Below the pieces are notes generated by a model. The model did no database searches. It was not told the DNA's origin and worked only from the letters and a program-made list of their open reading frames with translations. A stretch of DNA of 64,000 nucleotides from TPA_inf: Saccharomyces (taxonomy: Eukaryota), in contig BK006946.2 in NCBI GenBank assembly GCA_000146045.2, positions 352,001-416,000 of the forward strand. Reading direction: 5' to 3'. Positions 45,077-57,153 of this stretch are shown piece by piece. Every line of letters starts with the position of its first letter. The first letter of the stretch is position 1. The translations under genes and the position numbers were made by a program.

Positions 45077-45796
45077 ATGGTTAGCATGATCCATATTGTG
45101 GTGTTTTTGCTAGCAATCACAACCATGTTCGAAATACTTCCGCTAATAACCGTCCCCGTGACCAAGTACCTATCGTTATCGTCATTCAGAAACCACTATT
45201 ATGGCCTGTTTGGCTGGTGTGTACGTGGTCAAAACCAAGAATTGATGTGCACGAAAATGAAGATAGGATATGACAGTACAGATGTCGACTCCTCCGGGCA
45301 CGTTTTGACCCTGCCATCGAACTCAAAAGTGGTCGTCTCCAATTTATTAGTGGTTCACCCGATTTCACTGGCATTCACAGGAACGCTATTAATTTTAGCA
45401 GTGATTATCATGGTAACTCCACTAGGGGACTCACCTGAGATGTTATTGTTCACGGCCCTTTTTTCGCTGCCAACGTTCATGCTATGTCTTTTATGTTTTT
45501 TGGTAGATATTCTTCTGTTCATCTCCAAACTGGACTGGCCCGGCTGGCTAATGCTAGCCGCTACTATTAGCGTAGCACTTTGTTGTTCCATGCTGTGGGT
45601 CATGAGAAGAGTTGTGTCAGTCAAAAAATATGAATCGCAACAGTCAATTGCGCATGCGTGCTCAATGGAACAGTACTCAATTTCCGACATTTACCAGAGT
45701 AAACAGAACGGCAATAGCTCAGAATATGAAGTGGCTCCAACACATACAGATAGTCTGATTGCTCCAGAAGTGACATATAGAGGGTTCATTGAATAA
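45077..45796 (+). CDS. RIM9: RIM9, SUR7/PalI-family four-TM membrane protein of the Rim101 pH pathway, 239 aa
   Basis: The 239-aa ORF has four predicted transmembrane segments. Confidence 0.8.
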   Translation: MVSMIHIVVFLLAITTMFEILPLITVPVTKYLSLSSFRNHYYGLFGWCVRGQNQELMCTKMKIGYDSTDVDSSGHVLTLPSNSKVVVSNLLVVHPISLAFTGTLLILAVIIMVTPLGDSPEMLLFTALFSLPTFMLCLLCFLVDILLFISKLDWPGWLMLAATISVALCCSMLWVMRRVVSVKKYESQQSIAHACSMEQYSISDIYQSKQNGNSSEYEVAPTHTDSLIAPEVTYRGFIE

Positions 45797-45899
45797 GTAA
45801 CATCATGTGTCATTTTGCACGTTACATCGGTTTGCCAATCGGCTTCCAAATATTTGTACATTTTTTTCTTCCTCCATCACTATCTGTTAAGGGTCTTAG

Positions 45900-47459
<1,560 letters not shown>

Positions 47460-47701
47460 ATCGTCTATATTAAAAAAAAGGCAGCATAAGAGCAACTCAC
47501 TGCAAAGGGAATTGCGCATTCCACGCAAATAAACAATGTAAATAAGAATACGTACTGTAACTGTGTCACACTAGCGGGTTGTTTTATCATAATTGTTTGG
47601 GATTAATCCTGAACAAATTTTCTATATATAAACACTGGTTCGGAATACCAATGAAGTATACATATTCTGGTTCAACAACTGTTTCTATTCAAAAACTTTG
47701 A

Positions 47702-49216
47702 ATGTTTGAAATGCGCTACGTCTATTTGTTTGCAATTTGTATTAAGTTTGTTTCAAGCTCCGAACTAGGAAAAATCAACAATCTGCTGCAAGGAAGATTG
47801 ATATACACAGATAATTCCGTTGCGACAAATGTATTAGAATCCAAATTTCCATTCTTGAAATCAACATGTGTTAAAGACGCACTAAAATTATTTTTGCCAC
47901 AATGTATTGCAAATGGACTTGAATCCATTGACGCTGAAACAAGGGTAGAAACGGCCATTAAACTTTCAATATGCGAGTTTCAGGCATCTGGCTTGGGCGA
48001 AATACCAGAAAATTGCATGGTTGACGACCTAGGATCAATGATGGATTGTATGTTTGAACTAGAATCATCTTCACAGTGGTGGACAACTTATAGTGGAAAT
48101 TATCAGCGACTATCGAGTATTTGTTATGAAAATCTTCTTCCTTTTGAAAAAGAACAGATACTGAAACTTTTTCTAAATATCACTGAACTTTATGATTCAT
48201 TTGGGGATGATGTCGATACTAAGTTAAATCATCTGATGTTTCAAATGGAGCAAGATTCTCAAAATTTTTTGGACGATCTGGCCAGGATGTTCCGCAACTA
48301 TGACAATGAACTGCGAAATGCGACCGAAAGCAATCGAATAATCTTAGAAAACGACCTCTCATTTTTTAGAAATAAAGTGAATGATGTACTCTATGAAACT
48401 TCCGAACAACTAGAGGTCCAAATCATAGAGAAGAACAGTCAACTAATGAATGAAGTTGATACCGTCCATCATATTATGAGCGATCTAGCCGATGAGCTTG
48501 CTAAAAATGACATAAAATCTAAGATAAATGACTTGAAGGACGACAGCCTGAATAATTTACAGGACCTAGTGGAAATGTCCAACGACGTAAAAGAATATTA
48601 CTCTAGAAATAACAAGTTAGTTAATACCGAGTTGGAAAACTTCTCGATGGGTTTAAAAAAACAGTTAGGAGGCATGTCAAAGGATCTTTCTGAATCACAA
48701 ATGGAAGCTATAGAGCTCTTGCAAGGGTTCAATTCCATCCTTCATGATTCATTGTTACCATCCATGACGGATGAGATAGTACCTGAGATGACGAACTTCA
48801 AAAATACCTTACTACAAGAATGGACAGCTATAACATCTACACTAAATGGAGATTTTGCTTTATGGAATGAGGAGATTTTTTCAACTTTTAATGATATTTC
48901 AGAGAAACTGAATGGCACAAAAAAAAAATTAGACGACATTGAAATCAGAGTCTCACTTGTCCATAAAAATGTCATGACAATGATGAGGGTATTGGATTTT
49001 ATGTGGAAAACTAGTAAAATGATTATAAGATGTGGGTACCTTGCAGTCAAGAATAAATACTACTGGTTACTGTGCTCCGTTGTGTGGATTTGGTCAAAAT
49101 ACCGTACGTCTCGAGTAAACGTCAAAATGATTCCTATTAAACGCTATTACCAATGGGCAGCTCTTCTACTTTCAATTTATCTAGGAGCTAAGACTGGCTC
49201 ATTGATTGATTTTTAA
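47702..49216 (+). CDS. KAR5: KAR5, nuclear-membrane fusion protein for karyogamy, 504 aa
   Basis: It has a signal peptide, a Cys-rich N-terminal domain, coiled coils and C-terminal transmembrane segments. The length is 504 aa. Confidence 0.85.
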
Positions 49217-49540
49217 CATTACCGATGTAACAATATATGAAAGCCTATATATACATAGATGTATAGGTATATAGCCGCATTCAAAGTCTAGCAAAATAAA
49301 TATTCTTTAAAAATTCAAGGACACCGGATCATGGTGGCCATAATACGGGCAAGTGAACCTAGAGAAGGTGTCCTACGTCACTATCCAAGTTAATTTGCTT
49401 AAGAGAGTTCGAGTGCAGCACCTACAGCTTTATCATTGAAGACGAAGCAAAAAGATCTTGAGATTCTATATCATGGGCACAGGTAGTATTCATTAGGTAG
49501 TAGTAACGTATTAAACAAGGCCATACTATATTTATAACTC

Positions 49541-52237
49541 ATGTTCAAATACAACCGCTCACTCTGTAGCAGCGCTTTGATAGCAAAGTCTCAGATTCGT
49601 TTTTATAGATTGAAGCGGGCGCCATTGAATTATGCCTCCCATATACCTGAAGTTCTTAATAAGACCATCATAGGGCCAGACGAACCAGAAAAATGTCTCA
49701 TTTTGAAAGGAAAAACATCAGAGGAAATCGAAAATAATCTTCTCAGTAATAAGAAATTTCAGGAGATCAATCCTCTTGATACTATCCAGGAAACGTTCAT
49801 TCAATATCTGAAATTTTGTAATGAAACTAACTTTAAAAGAAGTAACAAGAATTTAAACAGATTAAAAAAAACCTTAGAAAGCAAGGACTCTAATAGCACC
49901 GTAAAAATTAATGCAGTTTTCAATTATTTGCTCGAAGAGTGTGATTTAGAAATCAAAAGATTGAACACGACCGGCCAAACCCAGGTATACAATGAAGAGA
50001 AAGGAAATGAAGATGACTTAGAGCAATCCATAATGAACGATATTTTCCGATCAGCACAAGAACAATTTGAAGATCAAGAGGGCCATATACCGTTAAGGAG
50101 TACATCATTTTTACTGGAGATTTTGAAAAGTTTTAATGAACGGTTTAATGGCATAATCAAACCGAAAGAGTCAATAACAGAAATGGTCACATTCAGCCAA
50201 CTTGCTCAAGCTTTTGAAGTTGTTAAATTGATACCAGTGCAAGAAATGAAGGAGAAAGGGATTTACTTGGTCGGAAATTTACTTTATGGCACAGGGAAAG
50301 TTCGTTTAGATCCTATAAATGAGTCATTCTATATTGAATCCCTACTAGTTTTTGGAAACTATAAGGCTGCATACAGTTTATTTATTACCAATAAAGACAA
50401 AGTAAACGAGCGCTGGTGGAATGAACTAGGATTAATGATCACATTAAGGTCTAACCACTTGAGAAACTTCAGGAAACTTTTAGCCGAGACAGATGCAAAG
50501 TACTCAACAAAGTATTCTTATTTGAGCCCAAGAGTTACCAAATTGAGCATACGAAAATATTTGTCGATTGGCAATGTTACTGAAGCTAATATACTGACTG
50601 ATCGATTTATTAAGTTAGTGGAAGAAGTTGGAATAATCAGAATGAAAGATGAGCAGGAGGAACTTCCCACGGGAGTTAAAAATTTTCAGAATGAGAAACA
50701 TGCAACTGAGTTCTTAAATGAACTAGAAATACCATCGGATCATGATTATATCAGCATTGTTGATTTCCATCTTTATAAGAGAAATATTCCCATGGCGGCT
50801 CAACTTATCAGCAAGTACATGGAAATACCTGGAACGACACAAGAAGATGCCGCATTTCTACTTGTTAAAACCAAGCTAAATATGTTGAAAGATTTTGAAA
50901 AGCTACGAAACATTTTTGCTCAAAATAAAGATTATGTAGTGCCTGAGAATAATGTGAAAATGTTGCAAGAGGCATTTGAGAGCGTTATTACTAAGTATAA
51001 CACTAATTCTCCAATATACAATGAATTGCTGTTTGAGAATGTTTCGGCCTTAACAAAAAGTATTGTATTAACTGATTTTCTGGAAGAGTTCATTACTAAA
51101 CAGGCTTCTGGACAGTGGATGGAATTAAACAGTGTGTCACGTTCCAGAAAGTTTAATGGCTTGTTGAACATACTTCTCGGTACAGGTGAAGAAGAAAAAG
51201 CATATAATATCTTAAAAAAACTAGAAGAAGCCTCAAAGAAATCAAAAACAGATCCAGATTTACTCTATAATCAGTTTTATTCGGAAGTTAATGCATATCA
51301 TTACGCTAAATTTGTTGAATTTTATAGTCTTCAAATTCAAAATATGAAGGCACAAAATACGCCCTCATTTAGAAAAAAGGAATTTAAGCAGAAAGTGAAG
51401 TCACTTTTAAAAAGAATGCAGGAGTCAGAGGTTATCCCAAATGCTGTTTTTTTGAGAGAAATACTCAATTTTTATGATAGCATGTATGACTTTAATTCAA
51501 GTTTTGAGATCATCAATCCGCTACTTGAATCCAAACAACAGGTGAGCTCTGAGTCTTCATTATCCACCTCAAACCCTTGCCGATTTTACAACCGTCGCAT
51601 CATAACAAAACCGCTGTACCACAAGATTTGGTCTGTGTATTGCCATTATTATCATGTTTTACAAAATAATTCTAGGATTTTATCGAAAAAGTCGTCCATT
51701 GTAAAGAAATTAATAAAAAGGCAGATAAAGATTCACCCAACTTGTCACCCAAGAGTATTGTTCCAAATGACGGCAGAAAATGGTGAAATTTTGCCAGACA
51801 AAACTTTTTCTAAATTAATTGTGTCCACGTTCATGAAAAGCGGGGATTTAGAAGCAATACCTGCCATATTAACGTTTCTAACGAAAAAATTTGACTTGAA
51901 TATTGATTACGATTTGAGTATGTATATTCTAAAGGGTTTGAAAAGACAATATTTACGAGATATTAGTAACATCAGTAAAGATGCTTGTGAGTACAAGTTA
52001 CGGAAGGCGGAGCTAATGAATAATGAGTCAATCTTAAAAAACATTCCACAGGGTACAAATCAAGAGAATACAATATCCCATTTGATCAGGGAGATTTTGA
52101 TCTTTATAAAATGGAAGGAAAAAAGTGATTGTTCTACTTTCTTGATGGTAGAAGATGCTTTTAAAGAATTAGGAACAGAGTTTACTTTACTCGAAGAATT
52201 AATAGAAGATGTAAATAAGTTAAAGATAAAAGCCTAA
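49541..52237 (+). CDS. SOV1: SOV1, mitochondrial protein (synthesis of VAR1), 898 aa
   Basis: 898 aa; length and position match SOV1. Confidence 0.75.
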   Translation: MFKYNRSLCSSALIAKSQIRFYRLKRAPLNYASHIPEVLNKTIIGPDEPEKCLILKGKTSEEIENNLLSNKKFQEINPLDTIQETFIQYLKFCNETNFKRSNKNLNRLKKTLESKDSNSTVKINAVFNYLLEECDLEIKRLNTTGQTQVYNEEKGNEDDLEQSIMNDIFRSAQEQFEDQEGHIPLRSTSFLLEILKSFNERFNGIIKPKESITEMVTFSQLAQAFEVVKLIPVQEMKEKGIYLVGNLLYGTGKVRLDPINESFYIESLLVFGNYKAAYSLFITNKDKVNERWWNELGLMITLRSNHLRNFRKLLAETDAKYSTKYSYLSPRVTKLSIRKYLSIGNVTEANILTDRFIKLVEEVGIIRMKDEQEELPTGVKNFQNEKHATEFLNELEIPSDHDYISIVDFHLYKRNIPMAAQLISKYMEIPGTTQEDAAFLLVKTKLNMLKDFEKLRNIFAQNKDYVVPENNVKMLQEAFESVITKYNTNSPIYNELLFENVSALTKSIVLTDFLEEFITKQASGQWMELNSVSRSRKFNGLLNILLGTGEEEKAYNILKKLEEASKKSKTDPDLLYNQFYSEVNAYHYAKFVEFYSLQIQNMKAQNTPSFRKKEFKQKVKSLLKRMQESEVIPNAVFLREILNFYDSMYDFNSSFEIINPLLESKQQVSSESSLSTSNPCRFYNRRIITKPLYHKIWSVYCHYYHVLQNNSRILSKKSSIVKKLIKRQIKIHPTCHPRVLFQMTAENGEILPDKTFSKLIVSTFMKSGDLEAIPAILTFLTKKFDLNIDYDLSMYILKGLKRQYLRDISNISKDACEYKLRKAELMNNESILKNIPQGTNQENTISHLIREILIFIKWKEKSDCSTFLMVEDAFKELGTEFTLLEELIEDVNKLKIKA

Positions 52238-52322
52238 AAAAACGGATGCATTTTATATAATTTTAGCTATACGTGTACATATTTGTAATAAAGTTAAAAG
52301 AGGAGACTGTTTAGCTTTGTAT

Positions 52323-53573
52323 TTATTTTTTACTTAATTTCATCCATTTAGGTACTCTATTTAAAGTCTTTTTGATACTTGTAGCGTTATCAGAAGGGCC
52401 CTGTGGATTGGATTTATTTATCGTATTAACTGATGGGGTTGTCCTCGTTTCGTGTGTGATTTTTTGTGCGTCTTCCAAAAGATGAGCCTTTATTAATGGG
52501 CCATTAGAATTTGAATTTGTTTCAAAAAGCAGCATTGTTTTAGAGCCAAATTCCAGGTCATCCAGTAGCTTCTTATCGTCTTTAGCCAAGGGTTTGAAAG
52601 GATGAGATTGGTTTAACGTAAAAGGCATGTTCTCATCGATCAGGAACTGCGACACGACGTTATAAACTGTACGCATGTCTTCATTGGGTTTGAATGCTAT
52701 TTGAATATGGCTTCTATCGGGGAACTTGACTCTCAGCAAACACTCAGATATAGCCTTATTTTTCTTTGGCAAGTTGTTGGCTGATTGCTCTCTAAGTCTC
52801 TTTGTCAAAATAGGACCACCCAAAGTACCAGCCTTCGATGATAACATTTTTTGGTATTTCTTGGCTTGTTCTACTGTCAATTCATAATCTTCTTCATCCT
52901 CGATTTGATCCTTGATAACTGCTAATGGCTCATCCGAGGGCAAAAACACAGAAGGTTTATGTAGTTCGTGAGGTGGTAGTGAAGCAACCGTTTCCGGGTT
53001 CGTCATCGTAGGGGGAGTTTGTTTTGGGTGAATAGCGCTATTAGCGCTAATGCCCTCAGAATGAGATGTATTATTAAAAATCAATCTAACTGACGAAGGC
53101 TCCTGAATCCCTAAATTTTCGAGAGTCAAATTCTCATCCTTAATTGTTTTGAACTCTATTATCTTGGAAAAGACCTGGATCTTAAAATCATCTCCCGCAG
53201 CGCCGCTCATCTGTCGCAAGATAGGGGCAATTGGTTGGTCAGATGGCATTTCTTTAACCACGGAATCTCTTCCTGGGATTTGAAACCGTATTTTGATCGT
53301 ATTGAATGGAATATCTTCGCGGTTGGTCTTATTCGCCACCGGAAAATTACTACTTTTAGATAATTCTAAGTTGACACCCGTTGGTAAGTTTAGAAGCCTC
53401 CATGGCAAATCTAATGGCACCGGTTTATCCAAATGTATCAATGACCAGTCGTTTGACGAGGTGTGCAGTTGAAAGAATTGTATGGATTGGTGTAACACAT
53501 CGTTTAGTGTTGAATTCAACGAAACTTTACATTTGAAAAGTTGGAAGTTATACTTCACGGTAACCATAGGCAT
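52323..53573 (-). CDS. UBX4: UBX4, UBX-domain Cdc48 cofactor, 416 aa
   Basis: It is 416 aa with a C-terminal UBX-like region. Confidence 0.8.
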   Translation of the reverse strand: MPMVTVKYNFQLFKCKVSLNSTLNDVLHQSIQFFQLHTSSNDWSLIHLDKPVPLDLPWRLLNLPTGVNLELSKSSNFPVANKTNREDIPFNTIKIRFQIPGRDSVVKEMPSDQPIAPILRQMSGAAGDDFKIQVFSKIIEFKTIKDENLTLENLGIQEPSSVRLIFNNTSHSEGISANSAIHPKQTPPTMTNPETVASLPPHELHKPSVFLPSDEPLAVIKDQIEDEEDYELTVEQAKKYQKMLSSKAGTLGGPILTKRLREQSANNLPKKNKAISECLLRVKFPDRSHIQIAFKPNEDMRTVYNVVSQFLIDENMPFTLNQSHPFKPLAKDDKKLLDDLEFGSKTMLLFETNSNSNGPLIKAHLLEDAQKITHETRTTPSVNTINKSNPQGPSDNATSIKKTLNRVPKWMKLSKK

Positions 53574-54303
53574 TGTATTGTGCGCTTATTAGTCTGCCTT
53601 GCTATTCTTCGCAGTACGTAGATTTATCTTAGTTTTTGCATTTTTTGGTTTTCTTTTTTTTTTGCCACACATAGTACAATAAAAGAGAACTTGAATCTTT
53701 GAAGAAACGTCTAAATTAACATCGAAGATAGAAGACAGGGAAACATCTAGGATTGCAAGAAATAGTGCTGAAATTTTGTAATAAAGTTGCAAGAAATAGC
53801 ATCTAGCGTTTTATAAGGCGTACATCTTTCTTGGCAAGAGTTCCAAGAGAAAAGAGGAGCAAAACAGCGGTTGAGGCGCCCGCTATCTTGAATATTATAC
53901 AGTTTCTTTAAAAACGCTTGTACAACACTGCATAAACATGGACAAATTATTGAAATTGTTTCAAGATATTTCCCATATCATATTCCAATAGCGTTACTCT
54001 CTCATCGCTTATTCTGGAATCATTATTTTAATAAAGATAACTCACACGATATACGTGTACTGAGCTGACCTTTATACCTACCCTTACCTGCTTATTCCTG
54101 ATAAAAATGTTCGTGCAACTAATTGTTTGATTTCTCTTGCGGCCCGGTTATTCCGGAGTTGATACTTTTTTTCTTCTGTCTTAATTACGTTTTTTTCCTC
54201 TAGACTTTTTTGATCTGGTACAATTGAAAATGTATAAATCAACTGGACCCTAAAAATAAAAAAAAAAAACGCCCATTAGAAAAGAGGATATATTGAACAA
54301 AAG

Positions 54304-55584
54304 ATGTTGAAAGAGCCCTCAGTTCGCTTGCGGGAGGCTATTATTGAAGGCAATTTACTTATAGTGAAAAGATTATTGCGACGGAATCCGGATTTGCTAA
54401 CCAACATAGACTCAGAGAACGGATGGAGTTCATTACATTACGCCTCATACCATGGAAGATACCTTATATGCGTGTATTTAATTCAGCTGGGGCACGACAA
54501 GCATGAACTAATAAAAACCTTTAAAGGAAACACCTGTGTGCATTTAGCATTAATGAAAGGGCACGAGCAAACCTTACATTTACTTTTGCAACAATTTCCG
54601 CGATTTATCAACCATCGCGGAGAGAATGGTAGAGCCCCCATCCATATAGCATGTATGAACGATTACTACCAATGTCTGAGTCTGTTGATAGGAGTTGGTG
54701 CTGATTTATGGGTAATGGACACTAATGGCGACACGCCGCTGCATGTATGCCTGGAGTATGGCAGTATAAGTTGTATGAAGATGCTTCTCAATGAAGGTGA
54801 GGTGTCCTTGGATGATAATGTCAGGGACAAGGGAAATTGGAAGCCAATAGATGTAGCACAAACGTTTGAAGTAGGTAATATATATTCAAAAGTGTTAAAA
54901 GAGGTGAAAAAGAAGGGGCCACCGTTGGGTGCAGGCAAAAAACCAAGTTCATTCAGAACTCCTATACTAAATGCGAAGGCCACTTTCGAGGACGGGCCTT
55001 CCCCAGTTTTAAGCATGAATTCGCCATATTCGCTCTATTCCAATAATAGTCCGTTGCCGGTATTACCAAGAAGGATATCAACGCATACAACAAGCGGTAA
55101 CGGTGGGAATCGGAGGAGTTCTATCACAAATCCAGTATTCAACCCACGAAAACCAACCTTGTCTACGGACAGTTTTTCGTCAAGCTCAAATTCCAGCTCG
55201 AGACTAAGAGTGAACTCCATCAACGTCAAGACTCCAGTAGGTGTGTCGCCCAAGAAAGAGCTTGTATCTGAATCAGTACGACACAGTGCAACACCAACAA
55301 GTCCGCACAACAACATCGCGTTGATTAATAGATACTTGTTGCCTAACAAGAGCAATGACAACGTGAGAGGAGACTCACAGACAGCTACAATCAACGATGA
55401 CGGTGGCGGCGGCAATGGCGGTGATGCCACTATAGGAATGGGACTAAGAAAGGACCCGGACGATGAGAACGAGAACAAGTACAAGATTAAGGTAAACAAT
55501 GGCGAGCCGAGGAGACGAGTGTCACTTCTGAACATACCCATCTCAAAATTAAGAAATAGCAATAACACGCGTGCAGAAGATTGA
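54304..55584 (+). CDS. AVO2: AVO2, ankyrin-repeat subunit of TORC2, 426 aa
   Basis: N-terminal ankyrin repeats (G.SLHYAS.HGR, TPLH..) are followed by an S/N-rich tail. The length is 426 aa. Confidence 0.88.
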   Translation: MLKEPSVRLREAIIEGNLLIVKRLLRRNPDLLTNIDSENGWSSLHYASYHGRYLICVYLIQLGHDKHELIKTFKGNTCVHLALMKGHEQTLHLLLQQFPRFINHRGENGRAPIHIACMNDYYQCLSLLIGVGADLWVMDTNGDTPLHVCLEYGSISCMKMLLNEGEVSLDDNVRDKGNWKPIDVAQTFEVGNIYSKVLKEVKKKGPPLGAGKKPSSFRTPILNAKATFEDGPSPVLSMNSPYSLYSNNSPLPVLPRRISTHTTSGNGGNRRSSITNPVFNPRKPTLSTDSFSSSSNSSSRLRVNSINVKTPVGVSPKKELVSESVRHSATPTSPHNNIALINRYLLPNKSNDNVRGDSQTATINDDGGGGNGGDATIGMGLRKDPDDENENKYKIKVNNGEPRRRVSLLNIPISKLRNSNNTRAED

Positions 55585-55708
55585 GAAGACTACTACGTAT
55601 TTTTTTTTATATGCATCCTTTTTTCCACATATGTATGCGCGGTGCGCGCGCGCCATTAAAAGATTTTTTTCTTAGCTCTTTTTCTTTTTTCTTTTTCTTT
55701 CCACTGAG

Positions 55709-56566
55709 ATGCGTTCTTCGGTATATAGTGAGAACACTTACAACTGTATACGAACATCGAAGGAGCACCTAACAGAAAGAAGGAGGGTCGCCATGGCGCC
55801 AATGTTCCAACATTTCTTAAACTTATGCGTGGAAAAATTTCCTGAATCCATCGAGCACAAGGATACAGATGGAAACGGTAACTTCACCACCGCTATTTTA
55901 GAAAGGGAGATTATCTACATCCCCGAAGATGACACTGACAGTATTGACAGCGTTGACAGCCTCAAGTGTATAAACTACAAGCTGCACAAATCTCGCGGCG
56001 ACCAAGTGCTGGACGCCTGTGTGCAATTGATAGACAAGCACCTGGGCGCCAAGTATCGCCGGGCCTCGCGCATTATGTACGGCAACAGGAAACCATGGAA
56101 GGCAAACAAACTCGCAGAGATGAAAAGCGCCGGCCTTGTGTATGTCTGTTACTGGGACAACGGCGTGCTAGGTGCATTTACTTCATTCATGCTTACAGAG
56201 GAGACGGGTCTCGTCGAAGGTGACGCTTTACACGAGGTTAGCGTGCCCGTGATATACCTTTACGAAGTACATGTAGCTAGCGCGCACCGCGGGCATGGAA
56301 TCGGTCGGCGGCTACTGGAGCATGCACTGTGCGATGGCGTAGCTCGACACACCCGCCGCATGTGCGACAATTTCTTCGGTGTAGCACTCACCGTATTCAG
56401 TGATAACACTCGGGCCCGGCGACTATATGAGGCGCTTGGGTTCTACCGCGCTCCGGGATCACCCGCACCAGCATCACCCACAATTCGTCACACGCGACAT
56501 GGTGGGGGACGTGTAGTCGTGCCCTGCGATCCGCTTTATTACGTATATTGCCTTCACATGCCGTGA
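55709..56566 (+). CDS. NAT4: NAT4, GNAT-family histone H4/H2A N-terminal acetyltransferase, 285 aa; the gene is strikingly GC-rich
   Basis: It is 285 aa and has a GNAT acetyl-CoA motif region (HRGHGIGRRLLEHAL). Confidence 0.85.
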   Translation: MRSSVYSENTYNCIRTSKEHLTERRRVAMAPMFQHFLNLCVEKFPESIEHKDTDGNGNFTTAILEREIIYIPEDDTDSIDSVDSLKCINYKLHKSRGDQVLDACVQLIDKHLGAKYRRASRIMYGNRKPWKANKLAEMKSAGLVYVCYWDNGVLGAFTSFMLTEETGLVEGDALHEVSVPVIYLYEVHVASAHRGHGIGRRLLEHALCDGVARHTRRMCDNFFGVALTVFSDNTRARRLYEALGFYRAPGSPAPASPTIRHTRHGGGRVVVPCDPLYYVYCLHMP

Positions 56567-57153
56567 AAGCCGACAGGGACAACGCGCGATAAAAAAAAAA
56601 TTAAAAGTAAAACTACGTACGCGGCGGCGCGACTCGAATCCTTGACTCCGACTGAGGAGACCCGAACAACGCTCCCTGCTCTCCGCCTTCGGCGCCTTCC
56701 GATAACTGCGCACGGCAAGGAGTAGTGGCGATAACGGTGTTTATTGCCGGTTTTTTCGTTTTTCTTCTTGATTTTCTTCTTTTTTTTCCTCAAAAGATGT
56801 GCTGTAGCCTCCGCTGTTGTTTTTTTTTATCCTACCAAGGCGCATCATCCTGTCATGATCTGCGCTGGATAGTATTTATACTACTACTCCGTCTGGATTT
56901 ACTAAACTTTGTCTCTCTTTTGATGTAAAGTTAAAGAAGAATTACGAAAAAAGAGAGAAAAAATAGAAACAAATAATAGGAATTAAGGCCTTGTAGCAAT
57001 CAAAAAAAAAAAGAAAAAAAAGGAATTTTTTTTGGAAGAAAACTTGAACAAAACAATTCCTCAAGAAGGAACAGGTACAAGAAAAGATTTAACAGAAGGA
57101 AAACTAATAGGCAACAGTAGGCAAATAGTAAAGGGACATATCATATTTGAGCA

